Made by a program: the position numbers and the translations under genes
Assembly: GCA_030141605.1 (NCBI GenBank)
Contig: JAQGDQ010000042.1
Location: forward strand, 186,001-250,000
Reading direction: 5' to 3'
Length of the DNA stretch: 64,000 nt
Source of the DNA: Tubiluchus corallicola
Lineage: Eukaryota; Animalia; Priapulida
In this document: positions 10,100 to 24,182 of the stretch, piece by piece
Layout of the letters: each line of letters opens with the position of its first letter
How positions within the stretch are numbered: position 1 is the first letter of the stretch
Notes under the pieces: model-generated
What the model saw: only the letters and a program-made list of their open reading frames with translations
What the model was told of the DNA's origin: nothing
The model's database searches: none

Positions 10100-12630
10100 G
10101 TAGAAACTTTGTCAACTAAAAGTATTCGTTCTCATTCAAAATCTTTTTGGTCGCAACACTTGAGCAACTTATCTCATGAGCTACGACAGCCGAGGAAGAA
10201 TTACTTGAGATGCTCAAATTACACAAATAAATGGGCATACGAACAAGTAAAAAGTGTGTTTGAAGAGGAGCTGCAGGGAACTGCTGAGAAGTGGTTTTAT
10301 GAAAGACTGACAGTGAATTTTGGAAATGCTACATAAAAGATCTTTTGTCCGAAGAAAACCCAAGATATCTGCATGCTAGAGCTAAATGGGACAGTTTATA
10401 CTGAAAAAGAGGACATTTATGAGGTTTTTTTACCATGTCTTAAATGCAGATTTTGATGAAAGATGGAAACAATCAGTCGTGAATAATTTATTGGATGTTT
10501 TTAATAACGCTAGTAACGTTGTAAAATGGTAATTTTTTGAATCGTGATTTTACAATATCTGGAATTGTAACTGCTATGAATGAAACCAGGACTAGAAGTA
10601 AAAGTATTGATGCTGATGGCTTTCATCCATTAATGCTTAAGCACCTAGGGTTTTGGACAAGGTGTGTGATTTTACATCTATCAAATTTAAGCTTGAATAC
10701 AGGGGTGTTGCCATGGACCCAGTCTAAAATGATCTTTATACGTAAAGAAGGAAAAGAAAATTACACAGACCCTTCAAGTTTTCGTCATTTGTCAATTTCT
10801 ACGTACTTAGTAAATTCACTGAATGATTAATAGCTAATAGAATAAGGCATTCCTTTTTCCAAAATGATTTGATAGAAGAAGAACAGAAAGGATATGCAAA
10901 AACCATAACACAATAAGTATTTAGTGCGTTTAATTTCATGCAGTCAAGATAATCTATTACAAAATTTGTCCGGTTTAGCAGTTTGCTGTGATTTTTCAAA
11001 GAGCATTTGACAGCGTGTGGCTCGATGGACTTATGTACAAATTAAGCAACGCAAATATAAATGGTAAAATTCTACAACATTTAATAAGAAATTTTTTATA
11101 TAATGGGAGGATAAATATTAGACTTGGTGACTTCACATCACAGTCATATAATTGCAAAGTAGGATTGCCACAAGGCTCTGTAATTTCCCCTTTATTGTTT
11201 ATTTTTTATATTGCAGATATGTTTCGTGAAATTACTACAGTTGACAGTGCTGACTGTTTCCAGTACGCTGATTATGGTGCTATTTTTGTAACTGGTGACA
11301 GTGTCACAGAAACAATTAGGCTGGCTCAAACCTGTTATAATTTGCTCTATAACTGGTGTCATCGTTGGCGTTTAATTTTAAACTGTCCACCTGGTAAATC
11401 AATAAGTTATTCCTCTTTCTATGAATAATTTGACAGATAAATTGAATATTGGAAATGTTGACATAAATTACATTAAAGATAGTAAAATTTTGGGAGCTAC
11501 CATACATAACTCACTAACATTCAGTAAACATATTAACAATGTCAGAAAGAAGGCTTGGAACAGGTGGATGAGAATTTGACGTAAATGTTAGTAAAAAGGT
11601 ATTTAGTTTGATAACAGTAACTACATTGTTTAAGGCACTGGCATTACCTATTATTTTACATGATGCGACTGCTCGGATAGTTAGTAAACATGAGTTCTTT
11701 GACGACCTAACTTATGACGTCATGAAAACTGCGATAGATTGTCGCTTTCACCCATCCCGTCACAAGCTAGTGTTAATATGTAGATTACCGCCTTTAGAGA
11801 TTATGTGGAAATGCTTAAACACGAAATCTATCTTGTCAATCTTGAAATTTATCTTGAAAACATTGTCAATGCTGAACAGTGATCTGAACAGTAAAATTAA
11901 GTTTGATTAGATTAAATAACAGTCCAATAACTCTAATCAGGCACTTTTTACGTTTGGCTTTATTTGCGACTAATGAATTTTTAAGAGTAACTAAAGATTT
12001 TACTGTCCGGAATTTAGATTTACGAGAAATCCCCCAAGCAGTCATTAATATTAGTAAAAGTGATATTGATAATTATATATTAGCAATATGTCGCGACAAG
12101 TATCTTTGTGGGCATCTCCAGTTTATCCATATTCATTAAGTATGGCTCCGTTGAATATTCCAGTACAGAGAGGTAATAGATAACTTGAGGTATTAGCCTG
12201 CACATTTCTAACAGGTCAAGGCAATTTTAATGATTTTCTGTTCAATATCGGTTATGCAGACAATAATATGTGTCAGTGTTTAGAAGGGAGGCAAACTCCA
12301 CATTCTCTGCTGTTTCAATGTAAATTCGTAAGTCGCATTAAACGAGAAAACTGTGTACGCGTTTTACAGCACCAGTATGTTAATTATATGTTAACTTGTC
12401 GTGATAATCTGATTTTAATTAACTTTGCTAATATTTTGTTAGATAATTTTATTTTGTCACTAACCTAACGGGATTAATTAGTTTTAGAAAATTGTTATTA
12501 ATGTCAGTTAGGAATTGTAAGTTGTTAAATATGACGTAAATGCATGCAAACAGAGGGGGCATGTATATATGTATATGTTTATATGCTCAAAATAAAGAGT
12601 TATAATAATAATGATAATAACAATAATATA
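10100..12630 (+). mobile_element. 5'-truncated, frameshifted LINE (RT domain + C-terminal Cys/His motif; I/Jockey/Nimb-like group)
   Basis: Broken RT motifs DADGFHPLMLK, KEGKENYTDPSSFRHLSI, FQRAFDSVW, GLPQGSVISPLLF, QYADYG (YADD degenerated); C-terminal CQCLEGRQTPHSLLFQC; AATAAA at 12591 and (TAA)n tail. Confidence 0.9.
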
Positions 12631-13864
12631 ATAACAACCAAAATGGCACCATTATACCCTCCACCCACCCAGATCATATGATAGGCTACACTATCATATA
12701 AAGTCTTGAACACCGAGTCAACTGCTTTGGGGGAGAAATGTTGCCATGTCGCCCAGCATAAGGCATAGATCAGGTTTTTACATGAGAGCTGACCCAGACG
12801 CAGGAAAATTACGTGTTCATAACAGCTGGAGCATGCGCACAAAGCTTCTAACGTCACGTATTTAGTAGCAACTAGTAAACGTCCTTTGTTCAGGCCTTAT
12901 TGTTTGCTAATTATTCGTGACTCGTGTCTGACCACCGTCTTCCACAGTAGAGAACTTAAACACTGTACCGAATCCTGAGAGTACCTAGTTGCCTATCACA
13001 GATAATAGCTATATTAATAGAATATTATTTATTAGTCCACAAAATGAATCATTAATCCTAATTTACAAGAGCATAATGTTTATATTTTAACCAGGCATGA
13101 GTAGACCTTGTTGTGTGAAAGGACATTTAAGACACTGCTGCAGTCTGTGACTGATTGAATTGGCAAAGCGTGATAAATTGTTGCATAATTTCTTCCCAAA
13201 GTAAGACGTTACTTACTTACTTACAAATAAATATAGATTAAGGTTCTAAAAACATTCGGACACAGAGTAGCCATCTTTTATTTCATAAGCGTAGTTCCAA
13301 GGATTGGAATCATGCTAACTGTGGAAATGTTTTCTGTATTGTGGCATTGTTTGTGGTAGAACTCGGCTAATTAAGTTGTATATAGTATGTAAAGTCTCCA
13401 GTGGGTTAACCAATCATTTTAATGCAATGACTGTACCGGCATTTCCCTCAACATGGCTGCTGAACAAAAATACTTTGTGCGCTACGATCTCTAAAGCTTT
13501 AACAGGGTGTAGTTAAGCCGAATTGCAAGGTTCCTTTACAAGAATTAGTCGAATTGAGACTTTTGTAATCAGCTGTGTGGTCTATAACAATTTAACATTT
13601 TAGCGATATTTACATTAAGAAGTCGATATTGTCCTACATTTGCAAGCTCCATATCATTGCACAGTTACTAGATCCGCCAGGACTTCTAACATCATCAAGA
13701 GTAGAGAACACTTCGAAACCACCTCCAGGGAAATTTTAAAACGCAGCATTTGGTGGATTCAATGAGCAAACCAGTATGTCTTCTAAAGCGAAAATTGTTC
13801 TATGCATGTTTAGTGGGTGATTATTTTATAAGTGACATTTACATGATAATTATAATTGCATATT

Positions 13865-13877
13865 AGAGAGAAAGGCG

Positions 13878-13926
<49 letters not shown>

Positions 13927-13980
13927 GAAGAGAGAAAGAAAAAGAGAGGGAGAGAGCGACAGACAGACAGACAGACAGAG
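13865..13980. repeat. (AG)n + (ACAG)n microsatellite
   Basis: Directly visible. Confidence 0.95.
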
Positions 13981-14986
13981 CTAGTAACTATTATAACTCT
14001 TTTATTAACCTCTTTTTGCAGAGCTAGTAACTGACTGCGGATCTGCTTTTTAAGAAGATTTAGTTTATGAACAATTCATCAATCTGTTTACGTCATACTG
14101 ACAAAGTGTCTCAGCGGAAAGGAATTTCGATTTAGAATATTAAATTTAGGTATTTAATTAATGATGACAGTTTGCACGTAGATGCACATGATACTGATCC
14201 GCTCAATCTTTGGAGGCAAACTTTGTCGATTTTGGTATTAGATTATACATCAGTAGCTTTTACTAGATTACCGTTTATTTCGACAGCTAGTCACGTAAGC
14301 TGCTACAAACAAGGCCAGATCATAAGAAACCTACATATAAATGACTTTAAAAATGCTGTTAAATATCAAGCAAAGAAAACTTCTAGAAGGCCTACTTTTG
14401 AAAAAGTAATATTCTGTTTTGGCAATTTAAGACTATTATTTATCCTCTATTTATCCTAAGTATATAAAATGTAAAATTCACTCAAGACATTTACGAGTTG
14501 TTATTCGTTTATATTTTTATTTAATAAACTGGGAGCTAACACTCGGGGTTCACTCATTCTTAACGGTAGGCACCCATTTATTTGTTGGTTAGCATCGGGA
14601 TTGTTTAACTTCACTGGCAAAGCACACATATTAACTATTCAGCTATTGCCTGTTTCGCTTCCCACGTGTTGTAAAGTTGAAATAAAACACAAACTGCGTT
14701 TGCTACTATGATGTACAGTTTATTACTAGAAAGACTTTTGTTCCCTTTTCGTCAGTGAAGATAAAAGGAAAATTCTTGAATAAATCAGCATAAGGTATTT
14801 TGAGTTGAACCTAAAATTGGCATTGTTTATTGATATGCCCATGTCCCAAGAGAAAGCATTTTGCCCGTTTTTGCAAAACTTATACCTCTTATTTCTAGAG
14901 AACGTGCCGAGGGCGGTGCTGGTACGTGTATTACGTATTATTATCAAACCATCACTTACTTGGGCTTTAAATCTTATTTCAATTTT

Positions 14987-15120
14987 CGGTTAAAGTTTAG
15001 AATTCTCCACACACAGGAAATTAGTCTGTGAAGTGGATTAGGATTAGAGTAAGGGTTGGGGTTAGGGTTAGGGATAGGGCTGAGTTAGGGTTTGGGTTAG
15101 GGTTAGAAATAGGGATAAAA
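14987..15120. mobile_element. Partial copy of the telomere-repeat-containing MITE (see 60689-60873)
   Basis: agtttagaattctccacacacaggaaattagtctgtgaagtggattaggattag followed by degenerate TTAGGG; matches the reverse complement of 60718-60873. Confidence 0.75.
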
Positions 15121-18100
15121 ACAGTCTTAGCATCTAAAATACAGCAATGATGTAATAAGAATTATTTTAACCTTTTTATTTGCTTATTACATTCTATGTG
15201 ACCTTTTATAGGTATTACTCTAATTAACAAAGCTGTAAAAGATAATTGTTGGCTAAATGAATAACAAACACTTTTCTAATAAGCAATTTCTTGTAACAGT
15301 TAAAGGAATGTTGTTTCGCATTCTAAATTAAAATTGAGTTAGAAGCACCTGCAGCGAATGGCAGTAATTTCTCATTTTAAGCTTACATCAGATTAGCTCA
15401 GCAGCCTCATAAAATCTTGGTTTGAAAAATCTGTCTAGGTGGCAGTACTTGTTCATCAGTCCTACGTTTTTTGCGCTACAGGAGTTTTTATCTTTTTAAC
15501 AAAGTATCCAGCTATAACTTTAAGATGTTTTACACTTTTTTTGATTTAATTCTTATTTAGGGTAAGTTTGGTGAATTTTAAATTTGGCGTTCGTGAGTTT
15601 TGTGAAAAAAAGAAAGTGATGAATCCTCCCTCGATCACGGGTCGATATGGTTTGTTTGTTGTGGCCTGAAGACACGTTCAACTCTGACGTTCAAGCTTTC
15701 TCTTGGGACATGGGCATGTCAATAAACATGTTGACTTCAGCTCATGAATCAAACCAAGGATGATTATCTTCACGCGTAAATTTATGCCCGGTCCAGTCGG
15801 CTGGAAACTGACTGATCGACGGATAGCATCAATATGAACAAATTCAAGAAGTAGAGAAACTTAGAGCGTGAAAAGGCTGTCGCTTCGTCTAACACAAATA
15901 AGTTTCTTAGTACAAGTCTGACTAAGTCCTTTTCGTATATTGTATCACGGATTATAATAGTGGATTCTATACAAAATAGATATAGGACTTCGCAGAGAAT
16001 TCAGGAATTGTTTTCTTTTTTTCTGCAGCAACAAATCGTCTATATGAAAACAAGGAAAAGAGCAGCATTAACGTGACAGAATGTTTTGCGAGCCTTTTCA
16101 ACAACAGTATGCGTATGTTTCCATTTTTCCTTTATGTTTTTAGTAAACTGTTCAGTTTATATTTAGATTAACCATTTCACCCAGTTCAAATTAGTGTCAT
16201 CTGTCGCATTCCTTGATAAATGTTTTAAGCGCATGTTTTAGTTTGGTATTACTTTCGTATCTTCTCTAGTTAATTTCAATACATTGAACTGTCTGCAAAA
16301 TAGTGCTCCTTGTTGATCCTAAAAAATAGAAACCCAACGAATATTCCTTCAAGTTAGCACTATTATTATTATTCTTCCTTCAAGAGCAGACCAATTTCTT
16401 TGTTGTTTTTTATTTACCTTTATGAGTTCATGTTTTTTTGCCTTCTGTTACTAGTTCTTGTTCTACGAAAGGCCAAGAATTTAGTTTGCGCACATGGCTT
16501 TTTAGAAAATTTTCAGATTATCTATTTAAACTTTTTAGTAATGATTGTGACATCATCATTACAAAATGTTTGAATATTCAAAGCATCGCAAGATGTTGTT
16601 TATAAAACTAGGAAACAGCTGTGTTGTGCTTTGCAAGTACACCCTGCTGCCTATTGTTGGTTTTCAATGTACATTTAGACGTTTGAAGTAAAATTTTGGT
16701 GATACCAAACATCATAGAAATCTAGTTGTTGTAATAATCGTTAGGCAAAAACAGAGGGCGCAGGAAGGTACCTCATAAACGTAGTTTTGAGTTTATAAAA
16801 AGTTATTGAAGCCTCGTGTTGAAACCTCGTTGAAAAGTGCATAATAAATTACAGTACTGTTAAAATTTTACAATTAATATTATAACATCCAGAATAGCGT
16901 TATTTCTAAATTCATAAATACAGTTTTATTAAATTAAAAATATCATTTAGTGAGACTGAAATTAAAGGGATTATTCTCTCATAGCCTTTCTGTCCATTTA
17001 ACTACACCATTAAGCGTGTGCTTAATTCGCAGTCTGAATAATTTTTAAATATTTTGACATTTTCATGTGAGCATGTCTATTTCGTTTCCTCTAAAGCGGG
17101 TTATTTTGTAACATGGAGCTGTACCTAACAGACGAGTTGTATAGACGCCAAAACTGCGTGATCGCGAACATAGGTCTGAAACTTCTGCATAAGATTTTTA
17201 CCTCCGACACGTTTTGCACAATGAGAGTTTTAAAGTAAAATAGTTTATACATCTCATTTTGGGGCCTTTCTCTCTCTCATTAAAGCTATAAGATAGTTTA
17301 GGTTTATATTTTAAAGATATAACACGGCATGTAGCGTCGATTTCCAAAAGGGTTAATTAATCTCCTTGGCACTGAATTTGAATTTTAAGAAAAAAAATAT
17401 TATATTCATTTGCCCTTATTATTACGTTAGATTAGATTACTGTTTTATTTTAGCATAAGTCGTGTAAACATACGGTGCTTTTTCATTTATAATAGTATTT
17501 TTTATTTTTAAAAATTGCTATTCACACTTGGACCATAGTGGAAATAAAATTTACGTATCTAAGTGAATTTTTATTTTATTCTACAATTAAAGTATTTACA
17601 ATTTTACAAGAACTATACAAAAACAATGATGAAACTAAAATGTACAGAAGTGAAATTAAAACACTTAATTATATAGACCTACAAAGAGAATTCCACAATT
17701 TAAAAAGTTCCATTTAAAATACCTGGTTGAATTCATAATAGAATATAAAGATGGAGAAGAACACATACGTGCGATTGTATTAAAACTTGACATTTTAGAG
17801 AACGTTATAGCAATTTGGACATTAGTAATATATGTTCATTATAATTATAACAGTTTGGACCAACATAATCTGATACATTTTGTTTATGAGTGTTTTAACA
17901 GTTTCAAATGATCACGTTTTAACTTTTAGCTAACCTAACTTGGAGTTTTTGAAATTGTTTGTAACTGTTGCGAATGAACTGTCACCAATCAGTATTTATT
18001 TTCAAAACTAAAACCCTAGTAGCACTTTTTTCTTGAGTGCAGAAAATGTGATAGGTGAAGTGGAAGCTAGCTGTATTACAATCAAACTTAAACGAAAGCA

Positions 18101-18847
18101 GTTCACAGAAACCGTTTATTGTAACTTGCCTGTGTACGTAAAATATGTATTGCACACTTTGCAGATTTTATAAGACCTTTATTTCTATCCTTTTTGTACG
18201 GACTCACTTCACACCACTATACGATTACACCAACATTAGGCAACACAAATGTATGCTTAGCGATTAGCATGGTTATCATAACGATTTTCATTTAACCCGC
18301 CGTAAATCTTGCGCACACCAAACTCCTTTATTCAAAGATTAAGTCGCGTGCTCGCCTTTTTATCAAATCAATAAATTATAAATTCTTACACTTGGCGTAA
18401 TTATTCGTCAAACAAATTGTACAAAGCGCTTTTGGCGTTAGTAATAGCCTTAAACGTTCAATAACAACTTTTCTTGTGCTTTGTTGGATTGGTAAACTAA
18501 TCAATAATCTTATACAAGCTGCTCAATAAAGATGCATAGGAATATACGCCGTGAAAAACAAAATTATGGTAACTTGGCGACGTGATGGTTTTAAGAAAAG
18601 TAAAAAAATAAGTATTCTTTTAATAGACCACATCTATAGGTTTAAGTTCCTCAAGTTAAACTGGACAGTGGTCAATCAAATTTACATTTTCTAAAACACA
18701 ATAAGGAAAATATGAATAAATACCAGCAGTACTTGAGCTCGATAGTGCATTACATATTTTAGCCTGTTGAAGTTCATCTGATTTGCCCCAATTAATCATT
18801 CAGCAATGCGAAAAAGCCAGCCTCTAGCGATCAACATACTTTTATTT

Positions 18848-18998
18848 ACTGTAGCGATGATTGCTTTGGCTTACAACCATTTTCAAGCTGAAAATAAGAC
18901 CAAAAAAAACAATCACTTATCACATAGAACTAAAAAATATTTTTAGCCTTATTGTCAGCTTCAAAATTGCTGTAAACTGAAACATTCGTCGCTACTGT
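18848..18998. repeat. Imperfect palindrome / old MITE
   Basis: actgtagcgatgattgctttggcttacaaccattttcaagctgaaaataagacc versus the reverse complement of the right arm acagtagcgacgaatgtttcagtttacagcaattttgaagctgacaataaggc. Confidence 0.7.
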
Positions 18999-20189
18999 TA
19001 GAAGATGAACTGTTTGGTTCAAGAACATTCTTTCATTTTTTGCTACTGTGAACTTTTGATGGGAAGAAGTAACTTTTTTGTTTGTCATTTTTGATTCTAG
19101 TTTGTACAAGTAACTCCGTAGCTCTTTAAAATGTTTGCTCTAAACTTGTTAAGCTTCTCTACTTTATTAGTTATCTTTTTTAATTTATTTTTTTACTTAG
19201 TAATTATTTATTCGCCTTTTATTGATTTTAGTCTAAAAATGTTTGAACTGACATGAAATGAAATATTTCAGCTTTGACTTTCTTACCAGATCATGTAATT
19301 TCAAAAATTCAAATCACCACCACCATAAATAACCACTACTGCCGCTACCGCCGCCACTGTCACTGCCACTGCCACCACCACCAAATCATCAAAATCACAT
19401 CATCATCATAATCATCACCATTATTATTACAGTCATTGTCCTCATCATTGTCATAATAATCTATTATTATTGTCATATCGTTTTCATTAGCATTATTATC
19501 ATATACATGAACGAAAGCAAAAGCTTTGATTTTAATGTTTCACGCTTTTGAAATGATTTACTTCTTTATTTATTTCATATTTCCATTACTACTTGATTTA
19601 ATTTTGTCATTTTACAACTAAACATGAAAGAAAAACGTTGAAATTTAACGTTACTGGTGTTTAATAATGTTTATGGCTGTCAAGTGCCCAAGCGCATGCG
19701 CATTTATTATGTCTTTGTTAGAATAATTGTGCAGTATTTCAGCGTGAATTAACAAATTTTGAAATACTAAAATTCTGCACATAAAATCGCATTCCATACG
19801 TAGTATAAATCGCGTTACATTTTTAAAACTTTTACGCTCTGCCTTTCGTGACTAATTTTGCAACATTTGAGCACATTTATTTTCAAGGCTAATAGTATCA
19901 TTTAAATGAATGGCAAATAATCTAAGGAGCATCTGTTAACTTACATTCGTTACTAGTCAATCTGGAGACATAATGGTGACAGTATTTTCTAAAGAACTGC
20001 TTACACTATAGAGACGATACAGACGCGTCATAGATCCCTATCGCGTTAATGATTTTATCCACTTGTTCCCGTGTTTACACTGCATGTACGAGTGGACTTA
20101 TTTTGCTTCTGTGTCACTAAAATGTAACGCACTGCCTGGTTCACGCAAGCAATAAAAAGTGCTTGGTCAGGGCTGCACGGGGCCAGCAA

Positions 20190-20330
20190 AGACTTAGACA
20201 TAGACATAGACATTTATTTTCTCCAAATGTGTCACAAATTTCCATTTTACGGAAAAATAACTTTATCCGTGGAGATGGGGCGAGGAAAGACCGTAGGTCG
20301 TCTAGTCACTCACCCCTTCACTCACACACT
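20190..20330 (-). mobile_element. 3' end of a LINE/SINE with (TGTCTA)n tail
   Basis: Minus strand ends AATAAA-tgtctatgtctatgtcta; small stem-loop gacc-gta-ggtc upstream. Confidence 0.45.
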
Positions 20331-22529
20331 CACTAAAAGAGTAGCAAACAAGTACACGACAGATGTCCCAGGCGTTAACATTGCAAAATAACCCAGGTCC
20401 TGGGTCTGCGTCTTCAATGACCATTCATGATTGATCGATCGTTTACTGACTAAAAAAATTACATAATACAGGGCGAGCAGTATCACAATAAAAACGTTTT
20501 TAGTCCAATGAACACTTAAACAAAATACAAGGCAGGCATATGTGCGTAGCACACAGGCTGAATATCACAAACATCAAAATGTTGCAACAAAATATCGGAA
20601 AATTCTTTTCAATAATAAGTAGGATTTATACTATTAATAATACTCTTTTCGCATAATATAGTATTTAATTGAAAACAAAACTAATTCCGTACTTTGCAAA
20701 TATAATCTTAACTACTTAAAAGAGGTTATTCACGGAAAATCCACAACTTGTAGTTGTCTCTTTGGCAGTGTGTACTTGTTTACGTTAGATCCACATCTAA
20801 AAAGTACTCTATTGGTAGAGTATTTTCTGCGTAGCTTAAGTAGGGTTCAAGGCATTTTTGACTTCCTTTTATACATATTGAAGAGTGATGGCATTTGACA
20901 TGATTTAGTATTATTTCTTTTTAACTTATTGCTTGTGTTACTTTGCTTTATAAGTAAGACATAGCAAAACACATTAGTGGTTGAAAATCAATTACGGCAT
21001 CTAGCAGAGCTATCTTTCTTTACATTATTATTAATTAAAAAGGAACTCGCTCTATATGCTCTTTTCCGATAAGCATAAATCATTAATTAGCTAACCTTTT
21101 GCACCTATACGTAAAAAGCTTACACACGTTTCGTTTGTGTATTATACCTACTGCTATAAATATGCTATATTAAGCAGCTCAAATTTACAAAAAAAAACTC
21201 GAAAAGCGCATTTTAATGACTGGATAAAAAATATTAAATTTTTATTGCTACAAATTGTGTCGTGAACAAATTAACCGCACCCGGGCTCAAATTTTGCATT
21301 ATTTTGTTTAGTTTCAACCTTAGATTGGTGAATGTACCACAAGTTGTTGAAAGACTTTCGAACACTCGCTTCTCACCGTTCCTGTAACTGGGAAAATGCC
21401 TCCCTAATCCATTTTCCAATATGGCCGTGACGATGGATTCAAAATTTGCTGTAAATTTAATTGTTGCGTTTGTTAGAGAAAATTTTGTAAAGAAGCTTGG
21501 CGTCTGGCCGCAACATGTAGCAATTTTGATACGGTACGCATGACTTGACTACTGTTGCCAAGAATTAGCTAGGGTAAAAATCGATATTGCATTATAATTT
21601 CATGTGACTGAAGCTAGGAGGCGGCATATCACTTCTGCATCGGACCTCTGTCTCAGCACGACCCACGGAAAACTCTGTGAACATTTTTGACTAAATAGTG
21701 AGCAAAACACAAAAAGTGGACTGTTACTCAATTTTACTTGGCTTGAAAAGAAAGACTGAAGAGTTTTCTGGAATTTTTGCTAACGTTAAAGTTATTTTCG
21801 TCTGTGTGCTATTACGTAAGAGCGTCTGCTGTTATTGTCAAAATGGCGTCGAGAAGAGGGCGGGTCACGAGAAGTGGATAAACAGGAATTTCTTGGAAAA
21901 AAGGTACATGACTTGAAAAACAATTTTGTGTTTTGGCGTGGCTTTTTGTTACGTATTTTTTGGTAAATAATTGGGGCATTTTTAAAATTATAAACTGCTC
22001 TTATGCGTGACGTGAAAACTTGACTAAAAATAAAAGTTTGAAAGGAACAGTGGGCCTTAGGCCATGGGTCATTTTTCTAATGCGTTTTAATTTGAAAAAA
22101 AAACAAAAAATACCTTTTAAAAAAGTTGTATTGAGTTTCATGAATTTGTTTGACATAATACCTTACCGCAGACGGTATGATATCCCTGATCGTCATTCTC
22201 AATGATCCTATCGAATTCGATTATAAGTTATGTCTCCTTAAAACAGTCTTACGTATTATGTCATTTTTTCAAAGTTCTTTTTTATTATTTTAAAAGTTAA
22301 AAATGAAATTATGATAGTATACATGTGCCGTTTTCTATATATAACGCCTTACTAAATAAACTTTAACTACTTCCCCGTGTTTATATATATATATATATAT
22401 ATAATATATATATATAAACTTTGTAAACTTACTGCAATGTAGCAACAAGAGTGGATAACATGACGTTGAGACGTTGGTTACTGTAATACTAATTGCTCGA
22501 AGATATAAAAGTTGTGTCTTTATCACGCA

Positions 22530-22875
22530 ATTTATAGGTCACGTGAGTGGCGGGTCAGAGATAGTGGTTACATTAGAGGTGGATTAAAACTGTATGTTAC
22601 ATGGTCATTTGATCAAATATATGAGTCACATGGGTGGGTGTTTAATCTGTGCACGTCACATGATTGGTGGGTCAGATCTATCGGCCGCCCTGGTGATGGG
22701 TTAAATCTATGGTCATTCAGCTGGTCGGTTAAATCTATGGATCAGTTTTCTGGTTGATTAAACCCATGCGGCGCGTGGGAGATAGAGTCAAATCTACGTG
22801 ATCAAAAAGGTTATAGAGTCACACGAGTACTGGAAGAAATCTATGAGTCACATGCTAAAATATATAGGTCAAGCC
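22530..22875. repeat. Degenerate ~29-bp minisatellite (approx. aaatctatgggtcacatgattggtgggtt), ~11 units
   Basis: Recurrent aaatctat..gtcacatg motifs at ~29-bp spacing. Confidence 0.65.
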
Positions 22876-23749
22876 TGTCATGACTATTCCCGTCTCTGGT
22901 TAAAGGCTGAGTTGTTGGAGTCTTCGCAAGAATGTCAAGTGGTCAGTCCCTGTCATGTGTCGTGGTTGTTGCTGTTGTGGACGGGAATGGGTTCAAGCTA
23001 TCTTCCTTTTTTATTCTTCTGCAGATTTCGCTTTTGTGATAATTATTTTGGACGCGGTTAGTTTTTTTCACATAGAGGTATAAGACAATAGCCTTTTCAT
23101 TTTTTTGTTACTAGATTGAGCCACGTGTTTTGCCTAACCACCAAATGATGATAGTTATTATACAAGTGCCGCTACCTACAAAAGCTGTTGTCAGGCTTAA
23201 ATTGACAAATTTACCGACCTATAACCGAACTTTGAAATTTCATTTTCAAAGTTTACAGAAAACTTGAATTATAAATCTTATATAATTGTTGTCTGATTGA
23301 AATTATGTCACTAATTAGGAATAACATTAGAAATATTATCATTATGTAAATAGGAATTTTGTTATCAGGTTTTGCCGCTAGTCACTGGACGGCGCCAATT
23401 ATTTTGAAGTATGTATCATGCATGACAAAGTACTTGTGCCTTACACAGGATTGTTAGGCGCCACATGCTATATTTATTAACGTACTATAAACTTAATATG
23501 CTTTCATTTGAAAAAATCAAAAATGAAAGTTTTATGTTTTATATGTTACAGTTTTTTAAGCTGAAACTTCTGCTTTGCTTTGTTCCCATGACAACGTACC
23601 AATTGTTTGTGTGCTAAGCTCGTAAACTTCAACTATTGAACTGCCTCTCTTCTTTGAAGCAGCATTCTGACGCTAATGAGTTTTACTGACATGCAATTTT
23701 AATTACAAAGAAAAATGGCGAAATTTCCGTGATGACAACGCGGCTTCTT

Positions 23750-24182
23750 TTGAACGGCAAGTGAGTGGTTTCTTCAAATCGTGACGTCATAATGTCCGAC
23801 CTTCATGTCCAGTCCTTTGAAAAGTGAATAATTTCTTTACATCGTGACGTCACAGTGTCGAATCTTCGAACAATAAATGATTGCTTTCTTCCGCCGTGGC
23901 GTCACAATGTTCAATCTTTAAGAAAAGTGTGGATGATTTCGTTACATTGTGACGTCACGATGTCCATCAATTAGGCAACAAAGGGGTGGTTGTTTCTTTT
24001 CATTAAGTTATCATAGTGTCCAAACTTTGAGCAGTAAGTGAGTTATCTCTTTACATTGTGACGTCACAGTGTCCTTCTCTGAGCGATGAATGAAAGGTTC
24101 CTTTAAATCGTGACGTCACAATGTCCAAGCTTTTGAGTAGTGAATGATTGGTTTCTTTTCATCGTGACATCGCAACGTCTAA
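23750..24182. repeat. Diverged ~55-bp tandem array (8 units) with palindromic CATyGTGACGTCACrATG core
   Basis: Perfect TGACGTCA at 23782, 23845, 23950, 24059 and 24111; three variant units. Confidence 0.85.

Noticed and set aside
15040-15115. True telomere or chromosome fusion site
   Set aside because: Short, degenerate and embedded in a dispersed MITE.
23750-24182. CRISPR array
   Set aside because: The linkers are homologous to each other, the repeats are degenerate, the context is eukaryotic and there are no cas genes.
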